This document shows positions 1 through 13,890 of a stretch of DNA of 64,000 nt, one piece after another; the first letter of the stretch is position 1, and every line of letters starts with the position of its first letter. Below the pieces are notes generated by a model that ran no database searches, was not told where the DNA came from, and saw only the letters and a program-made list of their open reading frames with translations. The DNA lies in assembly GCF_004010195.1 (NCBI RefSeq), contig NC_057722.1, positions 36,372,638 to 36,436,637 of the forward strand, read 5' to 3'. The translations under genes and the position numbers were made by a program. This stretch comes from Chiloscyllium plagiosum (lineage: Eukaryota).

Positions 1-610
1 AATGGAATCAATTTAGGTAAATGGGCAGTACAGAGAGATCTGGGTGTTCTTGTACACTAGTCAATGAAGGCAAGCATGCAGGTACATCAGGTAGTGAAGA
101 AGGCTAATAGCATGCTGGCCTTCATAACAAGAGGAATTGAGTATAGAAGCAAAGAGGTGTTTCTGCAGCTGTACAGGGCCCTGGTGGGACCACACCTGGA
201 GTACTGTGTGCAGTTCTGGTCTCCAAATTTGAGGAAAGACATTCTGGCTATTGAGGGAGTGCAGCGTAGGTTCACGAGGTCAATTCATGGAATGGCTGGA
301 CTACCTTACGTTGAAGGACTGGACTGACTGGGCTTGTATACCCTTGAGTTTCGAAGATTGAGAGGGGATCTGATTGAGACGTATAAGATTATGAAAGGAT
401 TGGACACTCTGGAGGCAGGAAACATGTTTCCACTGATGGGTGAGTGCCGAACCAGAGGACACAGCTTAAAAATACGGGGTAGACCATTTAGGACAGAGAT
501 GAGGAGAAACTTCTTCACCTAGAGAGTGGTGGCTGTGTGGAATGCTCTGCCCCAGAGGGCAGTGGGGGCCCAGTCTCTGGATTCATTTGAGAAAGAGTTG
601 GATAGAGCTC
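1..610 (+). mobile_element. CR1-clade LINE, ORF2 C-terminal fragment
   Basis: YRSKEVFLQLYRALVGPHLEYCVQFWSP and LEFRRLRGDLIETYKI..RTRGHSLK are typical of the CR1 ORF2 C-terminus. Confidence 0.9.
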
Positions 611-990
611 CTAGGATAAATCCCATCCGGCCCAGGGGACTTATCTATTTTCACACTCTGCAGGATTTCTAATACCTCCTCCTTGTGAACCTCAATCACA
701 CCTAGTCTAGTAGCATGTATCTCAGTAATCTCCTCGACAACATTGTCGTTTTCTAGAGTGAATACTGTTGAAAAATATTCATTTAATGCTTCCCCTATCT
801 CCTCTGACTCCACACACAACTTCCCACTACTATCCTTGATTGGCCGTAATCTTACTCTCGTCATTCTTATATTCCTTAAATACCTATAGAAGGTTAGAGA
901 TAGGGTGAGAGGGTTTGGATGCTCTTTGGATGGTTGGTGTGGACTCTAAGGGTGAATGGCTTGCTTCCACACTGCAGGGATTCTGTGATT
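611..990. mobile_element. Inverted CR1 ORF2 fragment (611 to ~887, minus) joined to a plus-strand LINE/SINE 3' tail
   Basis: Minus ORF EALNEYFSTVFT..KIDKSPGPDGIYPR, then the tail ...tggtgtggactc..gaatggcttgcttccacactgcagggattctgtgatt. Confidence 0.7.
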
Positions 991-2723
991 GGCTGTAACA
1001 TTACTGTCTTATCTTGGAAGCCTTTCCATCTTCTATAAACTTCAGTTGATGCAATTTCTGCTGCCACACCCGATCCTGTATTAAGTCCTGCTTGTCTGTC
1101 ATCCCTGTTCTCAGTTATCTTCATTGACCTCAAATTTTAAAATTCTCATTCTTATGCTTAATTCTCGTCACGACTTTATCTTTCCCTAACTCTGTAACCA
1201 GCTGTAGTCCACTCTTCCCTCCCCTTCCCAATTTTTGTCTTGCTTTTGTGAAATCTTTTTGAATGGCCCCATAGAGGCTGATATTTTGTCACCAAGTCAC
1301 CCTTTATTTATACATATAAAGTTCTTGACACTGATCCTGTTCCTCAGAGCCATTTCTGAGTGAACGGGATGTTTGACTGTCTTGTTCTTGTCTGTCAGCC
1401 AGGGCTCTCTTGATTGGATCAGATTAACAGCCCTACTTAGGGAACTCCTATGATTCAGTCCTGAGGAAGGGTCTCGGCCTGATACGTCGGCATTTCTGCT
1501 CTGATGCTGTCTGACCTGCTGGCTTCTCCAGCTCCACACCTATTGACTCTGACTTCCAGTGTCTGCAGTCCTTACTGTCTCATTCTGAGGTTCACCTGGC
1601 TGACCTCACTACAGTCACTACATCTCTTCCCCTTCTGAGTTCAAAAACATAGGCCAGTCCTTTTTCTTGTAGCTGCTCCTGGAACATTTCAGTATTGGAT
1701 TCAGTTTTTTCTGACTCTGCCTTAGATGCAAAGGAGTATAATGCTGCTGATGGTCCATCATGCTTCATGGATACCCAGTTTTGATTTGCTCGATCTGTTT
1801 GTAGTTAATCCCATTTACCACAGTGCCACATACCACAAAAAAAAGGCTGTGAGACAACTTCACCATTCAGTAAGATCATAGCTGATCTGACCTTGGCATC
1901 ACTCCACTTTCCTGACTGTTCTCAACAACCCTTGACTCTACTATAGATCAAGAATCGATCTGTAGAAATGGAATACAATTTTCTATTGGTGTGGGCAAGG
2001 GCAAGGAAGGTCAAAAATACATTGAGAATTAAAGGATCTGAATTTCAACAGCAAGAAAGATTCTCCCTATTATCCCCTTAAACCTCAAACAACAACGTCT
2101 GAATTTAGCTATTAAGCAGCAACAACCTTATTTCCACGCATTGTATCTCATTGTTAGCCCAACTCAACTCATATATACACCGTGTCTGCTGGTCCTCTTC
2201 TTCCCTGAGAAAATAAATTGCACCAATCCTGAAAATCGGAGCAGTTACCTGGTGGCCATAACTCAGTGCATCCTGCTTTGGGCCTTCATCCAACTCTGTT
2301 TTCATTACAATGTCACTGTATACTCTATGGACACTGTGTCTTCCTCCCCTTTCACCCATGCAAGGCTGTGTCACCAAATCATTGACCTTACTACATCCTC
2401 ACATCTGCTTTTGGACCAACTCGCACACCATTTCAGCTCTTCAGCACTTCACTCTGAAGCTCAGGGACACCTACAACTTGCGTGCTTCTGCTGGGTCACT
2501 TTGTGCATAGGAACACGATCATTTCCTGTGTCTACATAGAATGCATGTTAGGACTGTTAGTTTAATTTCCTGCTGTTCTTTCACTTTCAGCATGCTTGGA
2601 TGATGCCTGGCTCTCTGTCATGCATTGGCTTTTAGCTCAAAAGGAGAGGCAGGCAACTTGACATGATTTGGAGCATTGAACAGTTAGGAGTGTGGAGGTG
2701 TTGCTGTACACCATTGAAGTATT

Positions 2724-3459
2724 TATTATGACACAGGGTAACCCCCCCCCCCCCCAATTTACACCAGTACCACAGAAAAGATTTATCTGGTGCAATAATC
2801 TGTGAATATTGGCGAGGCCGAGAGCTACCCCAAAGGTCACTATGTAAAGTAAAAATTAACAACTTTATTTCTTAAAGTGTAACAGAGAATAATTAATTAA
2901 CAACTATTTACAACTCCTTTCTCTAACCTATCTTTTACCTACCCCTTCTACGAAACTAGTACGATAAAACACCCGATTTTAGATTTACCAAAAATTCAAA
3001 TTTCAAAACTAGCCAGTTGTTGAGTCTTCTGTTTATATCTTCCTCTGTCATCTTTTCTTCTTCTTAGGGATTTCTGTTTTATAGGTCACAGATCGCTAAG
3101 GGTACCTTTAAGAGAGCTATTCTCTGGGCAATCTGCATGTGTCAGTGGATTGGCAGTTCTCTCTCAACTGTTCAAGTTTTCCCAATTTATACCCCCAAAG
3201 CATCTGATTGTGTCATTTGGGTTTTAATATTGTCAATATACTAAGTTCAAATTTGATTGGAGTCTGGTATATTTTTGGGGGTATAATTTAAACTGATTGG
3301 CCCAATTCAAATTTGTTTTTGTCTCCTGGGAACCAGCTACACTGGCTGCTGGACCAAAAGACTCCACTGTATCTTGTTCAGAACAGTTGCTGCTGTCAGG
3401 TAGTTTTGCTAGCATTTAACTCTCTTAAAGGTACAGTACACTTCTACACCTTCATTATA
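2724..3459. mobile_element. Solo LTR, copy 1 (decayed termini)
   Basis: Ends tattatga...tcattata, perfect 4-bp flanking duplication TATT, and colinear similarity with 39190-39888. Confidence 0.7.
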
Positions 3460-4729
3460 TATTGCACTTGTAGTATATGCCAGTAGTTTGTGAGGCCAAC
3501 ACACTGCTGCTAGAGCCCTTGCCAAGATGACTTTTGTTCTCTGGGGAACGACCTATTTTAGAAGGAAAACAGACCAAACCTCTTTTGCTCATTTATGTCT
3601 GGAAGTTAATTGCAGCTTGGATCCTGATCACCAAGGAAGCATTATGTTTAAACCAATAACAAAAGTTGGCTATTATCAAAGTCTATCAGGGAGTGGTCAA
3701 AGATTTGGATTGTGTTTTCTGAGAAGAGAAATCTGGCTGTCAGTGTTACAGCATGAAGTTTGAAAACTCCATTCCTAACCGCTCATGAGCAGCTCTTGGA
3801 AGCTGATCGAATAGAAAACCAAGTTATACGTTTTCCTGCCTTTATCTATGTGAAGTGAAAAGGTGATCCTAATCAAGATCATCAGAAAAATCATGAAAAC
3901 TTAAGTAATATGTCCAGTTTATTTTTATTTATCCCTTAACTGTGTTTGTGTTTTTAGTGTGAATGGGTCTGAAAACAAAAGATTTTGGGGATTTTAACAT
4001 AGACCAATTCGATTAATATTTAATTTTTGTTCTGTTAAAGTTACTATATTTTTTTATAAAGGACTAAGTCTTTTGTTTAAATACAAACCAGTATCTTGAA
4101 TTGATTATTTGTAGTGTCTGGGATTGATTATTTAAAAGTCTGGCTAGGAACCATTGGAGTTAATTTTGAGAGTCTTTGGTTTTAGTTTTACTGAGTTGTG
4201 AATACAAATGTTGAAAGATTGATTTGGTTCAGCTGTCTGTCTTTGAGTTGTAATACTACATGTGCTGCAGTTGATTTGGATCTACTGGCTAATGTGGAAT
4301 TTGAAAATGCAGATACCCTCATGCTGCAATGAAGGTGTAGGAGAGCCACAATCGCTTGTCTACCATGGAATGTTTTGCAGATGAGAGAAGGGCAGTGGCG
4401 CTATACTCTATACAGACGTGGAGGACAGAATGCCATGTCATAGTGTCAGCATGTCTGCAATGAACCATCTTTTTCTATCGGGGCCAATGAGGACATGTCA
4501 TGTCTCAGGATTTGTCTAGTACTATCCATGCATAGGATGCTGCTTAAATGTCAATCTTTGCTCTAGATCTGTAAGAGCCTTAGCTGTGATGAAAGGGTCT
4601 TTCTTCAAATCAAACAGCTCCTTCATCTTAAATCACAGCAGCTTTGACCATAGTAACAAAGGAAGGATACCTTGTAAACATCATTTCATGAAATTGAATT
4701 GCATGAAGCAATTGTTCATTGTCTGCTAA

Positions 4730-6895
4730 TATTTTGAGGCTAGCATCTCCGACAAGTGCAGCTCCTGGGAAATAGGAGCAGGTATAAGCCATTCAGCACA
4801 TTTGAGTGCAGAATCTATAGAATCTTGAAAGGTGACCATCTGGAATGTAGATTATCAGGCCACAAGAATTTATCGTACTTTAATCCCATCAATTTTCCTC
4901 TCATTATTTCCCAGCTGCTACAGATTTCCTTCAGATCTTCCCCCTCACCTGACCCTGTACTCCCCAACATTTTCAAATGTTATTTGTGTGTTTGTGAAGA
5001 CAGAACCAAAATATGTATTCAGTTGGTTTGTCATCTTTGTTCCCCATTATGACTTCTCCTGTTTCTGATTGAAAGGGACATTTGTCTTCATCTTTTCTCT
5101 TCACGTAACTATAGGAGCTCTTGCAATCAGTTTGTATGTTCTTTGCAAGCTGACTCAATTTTCCATCTCTTATTCAATGACTTTGTCTTCTGCTGAAATC
5201 TGAACTATTCCCACACCGCAGATCTGTTGCTTTTTTTATTTGCCAATTTGTATGCCCTTCCTTGGATCAAATACTATCCCTAATTTCACTTGTTAGCTAT
5301 GTTCAGGCCCTATTTCCTGATTTATTTTTGAACAAGATCAGTGAAAAATTATGCAGTTCCTCCTTGCACTTTTTAAATGTTTGTCATTTCCTGTCCACTG
5401 TCATCCCTTTAAGGTTCCCCAATTTATCATTGCCAGCTCATGCCTCATACCGGTGGCATGGTGGCTCAGTGTTTAGCACTGCTGCCTCCCAGCACCTGGG
5501 TCCCAGGTTCAATTCCAGCCTCGGGCAACTGTCTGTGTGGAGTTTGCACATTCTCCCTGTGTTTGCTTGGGTGCTCTGGTTTCCTCCCACAGTCCAAAGA
5601 TGTGTAGGTTAGGTAAATTGGCTATGCTAAGTTGCCCATTGTGTTAGGTGCATTAGTCAGAGGGAAATGGGTCTTGGTGGGTTACTGTTCGGAGGGTCGG
5701 TGTGGACTTGTTGGGCCGAATGGCCTGTTTCCACACTGTAGGGAATCTAATCTAATCTAATAAATAATCATAGTTTCCTTTATTTAGATTCAGGACCTTA
5801 GTCTTAGAATCACTATGTCATTCACTATTTTCATTAAAATAATTGTCTCCTATTACAGTATTCTTCCCAAGGGGGTCTCACACAACTAAATTGGCAAATA
5901 CTCCTTTCTCATTACAAAATATCTAGTCTAGGTGACCTGTTCTCCAGGTGGTTTTTCAAAATGTTGATCCAAAAACCATCTCGAACTTTAGGAATTCTTC
6001 CTCTATGGTATTATTATTATTGACTAAAATTTGCCCAATCGGTTTACAAATTAAAGTCTCCCATTATTACAGTTGTACCTTTATTGATTGCATCTCTAAT
6101 TTCCTGTTTAATACCTTCTCCAAATTACTACTAGTTTGGGGATCTATAGACAAATCTCAGTATTGTCTTCTGACCCATGGTGTTTCTAAGCTCTCCCCAT
6201 TAGATTCCACTTCACTGGAGCTAATATCCTTCCTCACTATTGTTTTAAAGTCCTCCTTAGGCAGCAATGCTACCTACCTTTTTTTCCCCCCAATTGTCTG
6301 TCCTTCATAAAAATGAAGTACTCCTGAATATTCAGTTCCCATCTTTGGTCACCTTGTAGCCATGTCTCTGTAATCCCAACCAAATCATACCTATTTATAT
6401 CTATTTGCATGACTAATTCATTCATTTAATTGTAAATGCTGTGCTCATTAAGTTAACAAGGTCCTCTTCTAGAACCAGGATCAGTCCCAATGTCCCATGA
6501 ATCAAATCGTCCCCTTGTATCATCCTTCTAGCCACATATTCATCTGATTTCTCCTGCCATTTCTACTCTTACTAGCCTGTGACACTGGTAGCAACCGTGA
6601 GATCACCACCTTTGAGATCCTACTTTTTAAACTTGCTTTTTAACTCCCTCATACTTTGCTTTGATAATTTCATCCCTTCTTTCTTTACTCAAGTAGTTGA
6701 GACCCTTGTGTACCATGACTTTTGGCTGTTCATTCTGCACTCCAGAACATGCTGAAGTTGCTCCAAGACATCTTACAGGTGGAAGCTGGCATACCATCCT
6801 GGAGTTTCACATACAGCTACTGAAACATCTATCTATTCCTCTTAAGATTGAATCCTGTATTACTATAGTTCTCTCCCAAACTTATTCCACTCTTC
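4730..6895 (-). mobile_element. Degraded CR1-clade LINE (endonuclease/linker region) interrupted by a SINE
   Basis: Minus-strand remnants LAKNIQTDCKSSYSYVKRK and SETGEVIMGNK. Sequence continues on both sides of the 5452-5760 SINE. Confidence 0.65.
5452..5760 (+). mobile_element. HE1-like tRNA-derived V-SINE
   Basis: tRNA-like head (tggctcagtg..ggttcaattcc), V-domain tgtgtggagtttgcacattctccc, LINE-like tail and (tctaa)n end. Confidence 0.85.
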
Positions 6896-6899
6896 CTGA

Positions 6900-7197
6900 G
6901 CAGTATGGTAGCTTAATGGTTAGCACTGCTGCCTCATAGCATCAGGGACCTGGGTTCAATTCCAGCCTTGACTGTTCTTAGTGTTTGTGTGGGTTTCTTC
7001 TGGGTGCTCGGGTTTATTCCACAGTCCAAAAATGAGCAGATTAGTAGACTGGCTATGCTTAAATTGCCCTGTAGCGTCTGGGGAATGTGCAGACTGGGGA
7101 TAGGGTGTGGACTTGGGTCCGGGTGGGATGCTGTTTGATGGGTCGGTGCAGAGTCAACAGGCTGAATGGCCTTTTTCTGCACTCGAGGGATTCCATA
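6900..7197 (+). mobile_element. HE1-like V-SINE (degenerate)
   Basis: ggttagcactgctgcctcatagc..ggttcaattccagcc head and shared 3' tail. Confidence 0.75.
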
Positions 7198-7798
7198 ACT
7201 CTCCTGTGCAGCAAAGCCATTTGTAGGGCAACGAATTTGGTTGTTGCTATTTTCCTCTGAGATGCCCAACAGTATCCAAAATGATGTGGTTTGTAGAGTG
7301 ATCACCAACTTTGTCTGTGCTGTCCCCAGTGCAGACTTGCAGATGCTCCACAGTGTCACCTCTGCTGCTTTAGCTTTGAAACTTGGGCTTCTAGAAGCTG
7401 CAGCTGGAGACACACCCTGCACAAATTCTGTTCTTGAGCACTGGAACTGGACCCACAAAGCATTAGGAGCACACCATTGCCAGGTGAATTTTATAACTCT
7501 TATGAAAAAATATTTAATCCAAAAATGATTAAATAAGAGCTGACAGACTTTTCACTGTATTTCTTAGTGAAACCCAACACTGGAAACACATCTTTGTTGT
7601 TTCCTGTAATTGATCTGAATAAGAAGCAAGCTGCGAAGGAACAAATCACTTAATATTCTGATGCCAAAACTAATTAATGTAAAAAAGGCCCATATTTCCA
7701 AATGTCTGATCACTACTAAAAGCAACTGATGCAAATCGGTTTGAAATTCTATTAGTTAAACTTTACAAAAGCAGTGGAGAAATATGCAGTATCCAATT

Positions 7799-7809
7799 TT
7801 TATTTTATT
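7799..7809 (-). terminator. Candidate distal polyadenylation signal of NCEH1 (tandem AATAAA)
   Basis: Two overlapping AATAAA on the minus strand at the end of a largely repeat-poor AT-rich tract about 3.2 kb past the stop. A proximal AATAAA also lies at 11012-11017. Which one is used is inference. Confidence 0.35.
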
Positions 7810-10800
7810 TGTTGTTTAAAGTGCACTTTACATTGCGTAGAGCCACAATACAATAAAAGAAAAATGAAAAGATTTAATACAGTAAGTCACAGCACATATA
7901 CACAGTCAAATGGAAAACTCTCATTCCAATTGCATAAATTTTCAACTCATATTTGGCTCTTTTGGAAAAAGGAAAGACTTCATTTTGTCCATTGTCCAGC
8001 TACTTTCCACCTGTATGAGCACAGTTTGGTCTTTTGTTGCTATTACCATTTAAAAAATTTAAGTGACCTCTTATTAAAATGACATTTTAAATAATAAATG
8101 GAAAAGTCTAAATGACCATGTGTCTGACTGTGGGATTCACTGATCATTTGTCTGAACAAACTATCTAGTTTAAAGAGATGGAAATAATTTATTGAACCCT
8201 GTCCACTTAAAATAATTTGTCCGGACACCTCAAGTGAGTGGATGGGTCTTTATCTATAGAATCATCTTAGGGGGAGCTCAAAAATCATAAGTTGGAAACT
8301 TGATCCTCAATTTTCAACATATATCCAATATTCAAACAAGATTGCACAATCTTGGGAATATGAAGGTAACAAACTTTCTGATATCGTACATGTGCTTGAA
8401 TTACATAGATAGCTCATTCAAAAAACTCTCACAATTAGTTTGCTTATATTGTTCTGTTGGAACTCCTGTCCTGTCATTAATTTATAAAGCTGAATATAAT
8501 TTTCAAATAATATAACCAGCGGCAAGTTGCAATGATATCTTTCTTACATACTTGATACTGTACAACACTTTCAATAGTTATTTAAAATAATTGTTTTAAT
8601 TTTTTTCCTGGTAGTTAAACCAAATAACACCAAAAGCTTCATTGCTGCATGTGGTTGGTACAAAATGTAAACAGTTACGTTAAATTGATAATAAATCATT
8701 AGAGAGAGAGAGAGACACAGACTTTACTTCTAAACTGTATTTACATTTTATCAATTTTAACATTTCATCTGTTTCCAACCAAAGTAGTCAAATTTAGCAT
8801 TGTAATACTGTTTTACTGTTAGCCACTGAGTTTGACTAGCTGTTTAATATTTGTACTTCACTTGTCCATAAGTCATGTTTCCTAATGTAACCCCATCCTA
8901 AAGGGAAATATTAGGATGTCCAAACTAGGAATTCTGAACAAAATGTAAATCTAATTTAGGGATTTACCACACCCAAGTTTGTTTTGTCAAGAAGTCGAAC
9001 TGCTAAAACAAACACTGACGTCTTTTCAAAAATGTTGTTCTGAAGAAGGGTCACTGGACTCAAAATATGTTAACTTTTTTTTCTTTCTCTCCACTGATAA
9101 CCCCAGACTGCTGACTTTCCTCAGCAATTTCAATGACTGTTTTTAATCCGTTTCAATATGCTGATGTATAGTTCAAGTGATAATTAAAAGTTGATTTAAA
9201 ACTGCCTGAAGACCTAAGCCTACTTAGTAGATTGCTCGCATTATGACTCTGATCTTTAAAGTCAAGGAAGATATCACAATTAAACTTAAGTCAAAAATTA
9301 TCAAAAAATGTTTAGACCCCAGTCTCCTCGACAATAGGAAGCGACTTCTAGATATCCATGAGCATTAGGTGGGGAAATTATCAGCTTGATTGTATTGTCC
9401 CTGTTAATACTGGAATGAGTCACTGCTTTCAGAAGGTGAGGGTGGAGTGGGGTGCAGTGAGGGGAGGTAAAGAAAATGGTTAAATGAGCAAGAACAGTAC
9501 CAAATCTGTTCTAAGCTGTGTAACCTTAACATTAATTAGTCTCAGTAGCAATAAACAATAGACTTTATATTGTAGAGGTTTTCAGTTACACTAATTAACT
9601 GCAACTAATTAACTTGCAATAACCAGTGATCTTTTATGTGCATATATGAGGCACAGATAGTGCAACTATCACAAGGGCAACCATTGCCACCAAGAGGGTC
9701 TTCCTGAGGAGGATTAAACAGAGAACTTGCACCCATTCAAAGCCCAGTGGAATTGTGGAACACCACTGTTTTACCAAACAACTAACACTATAAACATTTT
9801 TCTATACAGCAAATTAGTTGATCATTTTTAAAACAGCATATCAGCATGATCAGAAAAGTAGAGTATTACAAAACAATTTAGAGCAAACAAACTCACAATA
9901 CATTGCTAAATATACTGTGTTTAGTATAACTGATTAAACAATAAAATAATTGAATACTGTAATATAGTGCTGATAAATCCATTTCAAATATTGCCAAGAT
10001 AAAAATATTGTATACTGTGATGGAAAAAGTTGAAAAGAGAGGATACTGAACGTGCAAAAGGTGATTTCAAAGCATAAGTCTTACTAGGTGGTTTGGGTGC
10101 AGAACAAAATAGTGGACTTTCAGTGGTTGTTAAGTCAGTTGAAACATTGAATGAGATTAGTATCATGAAATTACTCAATTTCTGGGGAGAATTTTCTGTT
10201 TAGAAAGCTTTTAACTGCCATTTTATAAAAGAATGAACTACAGCATATTCCACTACAGATCCCACTGCAGTGAAAGATCCTTGAAAAGTGGGTGTTAACT
10301 TACTAGACAAGGCAAATGTAGTTTCTGACAGACACTGTACAGGTTGTTAATGAGGAGATGAGTATTTTTGGCATTTGAAAAAAAAATGTCTAGGTTTATC
10401 GTAATCTATAACTTCAATTAGTAGCTAATCAACATAATTGGTGGATTTTGCATTTAAACTGTTACAGGAAGTAGTCAAGTTCATTTCAAGTAAATTTTCA
10501 TCTGGAGCATGCATCAGACTAATTCTTTTCAAATTTAAAGAATTCTTTTGATTCTGTTAAATTTGATCTTGTGGAAGTTCTACTGCAGTTCCAGCATTTC
10601 AAATAACTATTCTGGTTTGATTATTTTTTTGTTATTCAAATACACATATGGTAAATCTCTATACTATCACAAATAGCCTTTATATATTAAAAGGATTCTT
10701 AATTTTCAGTTTGCCTAAAAGGCAGACTCCATCATTAACAATGAAGATTATCCCAAAACATTGCTGATTTAATGAAGATTTCTTTACACACAAGTAAATC

Positions 10801-11046
10801 TTGGTAAGGTTTTAAATAATCACTTACTAAGAGTTAACAAAGCAATTTCTGCCTATATTAGATAAGATCTGTGGTAGTACTGAGAATATACATGCAATCT
10901 GATCAATCCCAACAAGAGTTTCAGTAATTCTAGAATACAAATTTGCATTGGTTTGTTGCATTGCATAAATATGTAGGTTTATTTTAAAAGACTGGCTTGC
11001 AGTCAACAACATTTATTATTGCAACTTCCCAACCCCAATTAAAGGT

Positions 11047-11664
11047 TTACAAATTTTTGTCCAACCAGTTTATATAGTTGTTCATGATTCTGTTTCCAAC
11101 ATCAAAATTGGTAGGTGGAAGTGCAAATATCATGGCGCCATGAAATCCATCTTCATAATGGTCAAGAGTCACTTCTATTCCAGCATCTTCTAAACGCTTA
11201 GCATACATTATTCCATCATCTCTTAAAATATCATGTTCACAGGTCAAGATGTAGGCTCTTGGTAATAACTGCAGAATTCCTTTATCTGCAATTAATGGAG
11301 CTGCTCTCGGGTCCAGTAATGCTGGCAATGCCTTTATAACCTGTGGACTTCCCATTACCTGGATAACAGGTTTGTAGTTTTTTATAAGAGATTGTGGTAG
11401 AAGGTTTGTCCAGTTTAAGTGAGCACGGACAGAAGTCAACTGACTTAGGTTTGAAGCAGTGTGGTTGTTCACCAACATTGCCTGGACAAAACTTGGGTCA
11501 CCATTCAGATATTCTAGCCAAAAACGGGCCATGACATGTTTGTATAGGATAGGTGTAGCCATATTCTGTTGGTAGGAAGGAGTATTGAAGTCAAGAGCTT
11601 GAAGCACTGGATATATAAGAGCTTGAACCTTGAGCTGGAATTTGATACTGCTGTCCACAACAAG
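11047..11664 (-). CDS. NCEH1: NCEH1 exon 5 (terminal coding exon), containing catalytic Asp and His
   Basis: ttgtag acceptor, LVVDSSIK...[21 protein letters not shown]...[11 protein letters not shown]...GFHG...WLDKNL-TAA. 618 nt. Exons total 1227 nt = 408 aa plus stop. Confidence 0.97.
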   Translation of the reverse strand, partial: LVVDSSIKFQLKVQALIYPVLQALDFNTPSYQQNMATPILYKHVMARFWLEYLNGDPSFVQAMLVNNHTASNLSQLTSVRAHLNWTNLLPQSLIKNYKPVIQVMGSPQVIKALPALLDPRAAPLIADKGILQLLPRAYILTCEHDILRDDGIMYAKRLEDAGIEVTLDHYEDGFHGAMIFALPPTNFDVGNRIMNNYINWLDKNL

Positions 11665-11964
11665 CTACAAACACAAAACAAGAATTGAAAGATTTGTTTT
11701 ATGTGTTTGGAATATTTTAGAGGGACTGGATACTACTAAAGCTTTCAGCCACGTTACAATGTTTGCAGTGTTGTCGAAGTCAACAGAATCCAATATTTTC
11801 TCAGAACTTATCGAACACTCACCTTTATAATGTTGATAGTATTGCTTAAATAATTTAAAAGTATACATACTATTAAATAGTAGATTTATACTGCATTAAT
11901 CAAAATCACTAAGCTACAGATAATAGACAGATGAAGGAATAAATCAAAGATAGAACAGAGAAAA

Positions 11965-12520
11965 ATTTTCATTCTTAGAATGCCTTTCACAACTTCAGGA
12001 CATCTGAAAGCTCTTTACAGCCAATGAATTACTTTTTGAAATGTAGTCGCTGCTGAAACATATTATATATAATATAACATATATTATGTTATTGCACATA
12101 GCAAGATCCCACAAACATCAAAGTGATAATAACCAGATCCTTTTTTTAAGCAATGTTAAATGAATGATGAATTCAGGCTGGACTGCAGGGAAAACAGCCC
12201 CACTCTCCCGTGAAGAGCAATACTGCATCTTTTACCTTTTTCTGACAGCAGTTAGAACTTTGACCTACCAAACACACAAGTTCTGGACCGATAACAGAAC
12301 TGAAACATTGTTGTGTCTCACTCCACAGATACTGCCATCTGTTTGGTTTTCCAAAATTTAATATTTCTTATTATCATTTTAACATTTCATTTGGAAGACA
12401 GCACAACATTCCATCAGTAATGTGCTACGGTTTTGCCCTAGATTTTTGTACTCAATTGGAATGGGATGTGAACCCAGAACCTTCTAAGAGATAAGAGCAC
12501 TACCAACAGAGTCACAGCTG
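11965..12520 (-). mobile_element. DeuSINE/SacSINE1-like element, interrupted by a Penelope-end fragment (~12280-12370)
   Basis: ttacagccaatgaa..gcaagatcccacaaac..accagat Deu-domain-like core with a tRNA-like head at the right end. Similar to 31255-31800. Confidence 0.65.
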
Positions 12521-12945
12521 TCAGACCAAATGACGACATTAGAGTCATAACTAATGTCTTTTGCTATAAGCCTTGAAGTTCCATCATGAAAAAGCAACAG
12601 ATTTTTTAAAGCTGCAAATTATTATTCAATTTTAATTATAATAAAAATATTGCGACCTGTTACTTCTCTGCAGCACATCTGGGAAAAATATTAGCATTTG
12701 TTTACATTTAAAAAAATCTAATTTTGCAAGAATAGCTTTCTTCAGATGTGCACTCAATTTTATAAACGTTGAGTTGCTTTCCTCTTCAATATCATATGCA
12801 TCTGCATTTTCCTGAAAAATTGATTAGTTCTCATTCTAAGTTTGATCACAACATTGGGAAGTAGCATGTTAATTAATAAGAGGTTATCAGATAATATTTT
12901 GTTCCAATTAGTGTAAATTGATCAATCCATAATGAAAAATATTAC

Positions 12946-13117
12946 CTGCTGGGTTACAGCAGCAGCTAAGTTTCCTCCAGCGCTGTCACCAGATACTGCA
13001 ATTCGATTTGGATCCACTGAATACTGGGACAAAACCTCAGGCTGTAGGAAATACTTGGTAGCATTGTAAGCATCATTTAACTGCTCAGGAAAATGAACTT
13101 CTGGGACAAGACGGTAT
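12946..13117 (-). CDS. NCEH1: NCEH1 exon 4, containing the catalytic serine motif GDSAGG
   Basis: tttag acceptor, [12 protein letters not shown]...[20 protein letters not shown], gtaat donor. 172 nt. Confidence 0.96.
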
Positions 13118-13554
13118 CTAAATTTAAGACCACACAATATAATTAATTTCAATAATAATCAACTTATAAAAGCTTGACCTGTTGCATTTTTTTTCTGAAT
13201 GACACTAACAAAATAGGTTATTTTGTATTACGAAGTTTAACCCCAATATTCAAAATATCATATCCAAATGAAGAAGTTTTTTTTTTGTCTATAGCAGTGT
13301 CAATAGCTGTTTTGATCATAAGCATCAGTCGATTTTCTTCCCTGCCACATATGATTGGTTTTCTTCTTTGCTAGGTTTCCAAATGAACAATATTAGACCT
13401 TGTTGCAGGGGGAAACAGGTCATAGTCCTAAAGAAGCTGATCACATTTTGGAACTCCTTTTGGAAACTATTCAGCATTGAGTAGAGCATGTGTTGGCTAT
13501 GCTTTGTCAGGGTTGCTGTTCTTGCAGTGGCCTAAGCAGAGAGCGTCAGATAGA

Positions 13555-13890
13555 ATCATAGAATTCTAAAGGCCAGAATGAGGCCATTCATGCCTTTATT
13601 GGCTCCCAATAGAGGTACCCAGCTCGTCCAACTCTCCATCCTACCTCCATAGCCCTGTAACTTCACTTTCAAATATATATCTATCTAATTCGGTTTTTGA
13701 AACCTTGCATGGAACCCACCATCACCACTCTCTAAGGTAGCATATTTCAAATCTTAACAACTCTGAGTAAAGAAATTTCTCCTTGTCTCACTCCTAGCTC
13801 TCTTGCCCAATCCTGAAACTGTGAGCCCTAGTTCCTGACATGCCAACTAGTGGAAACAAAATATCCTTCTTTACCTCATGAAAATTGTTC
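13555..13890 (-). mobile_element. CR1-clade LINE 3' end fragment
   Basis: catagaatcatagaat tail and aagaaatttctcc block typical of the reverse-complemented 3' end. Confidence 0.65.
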
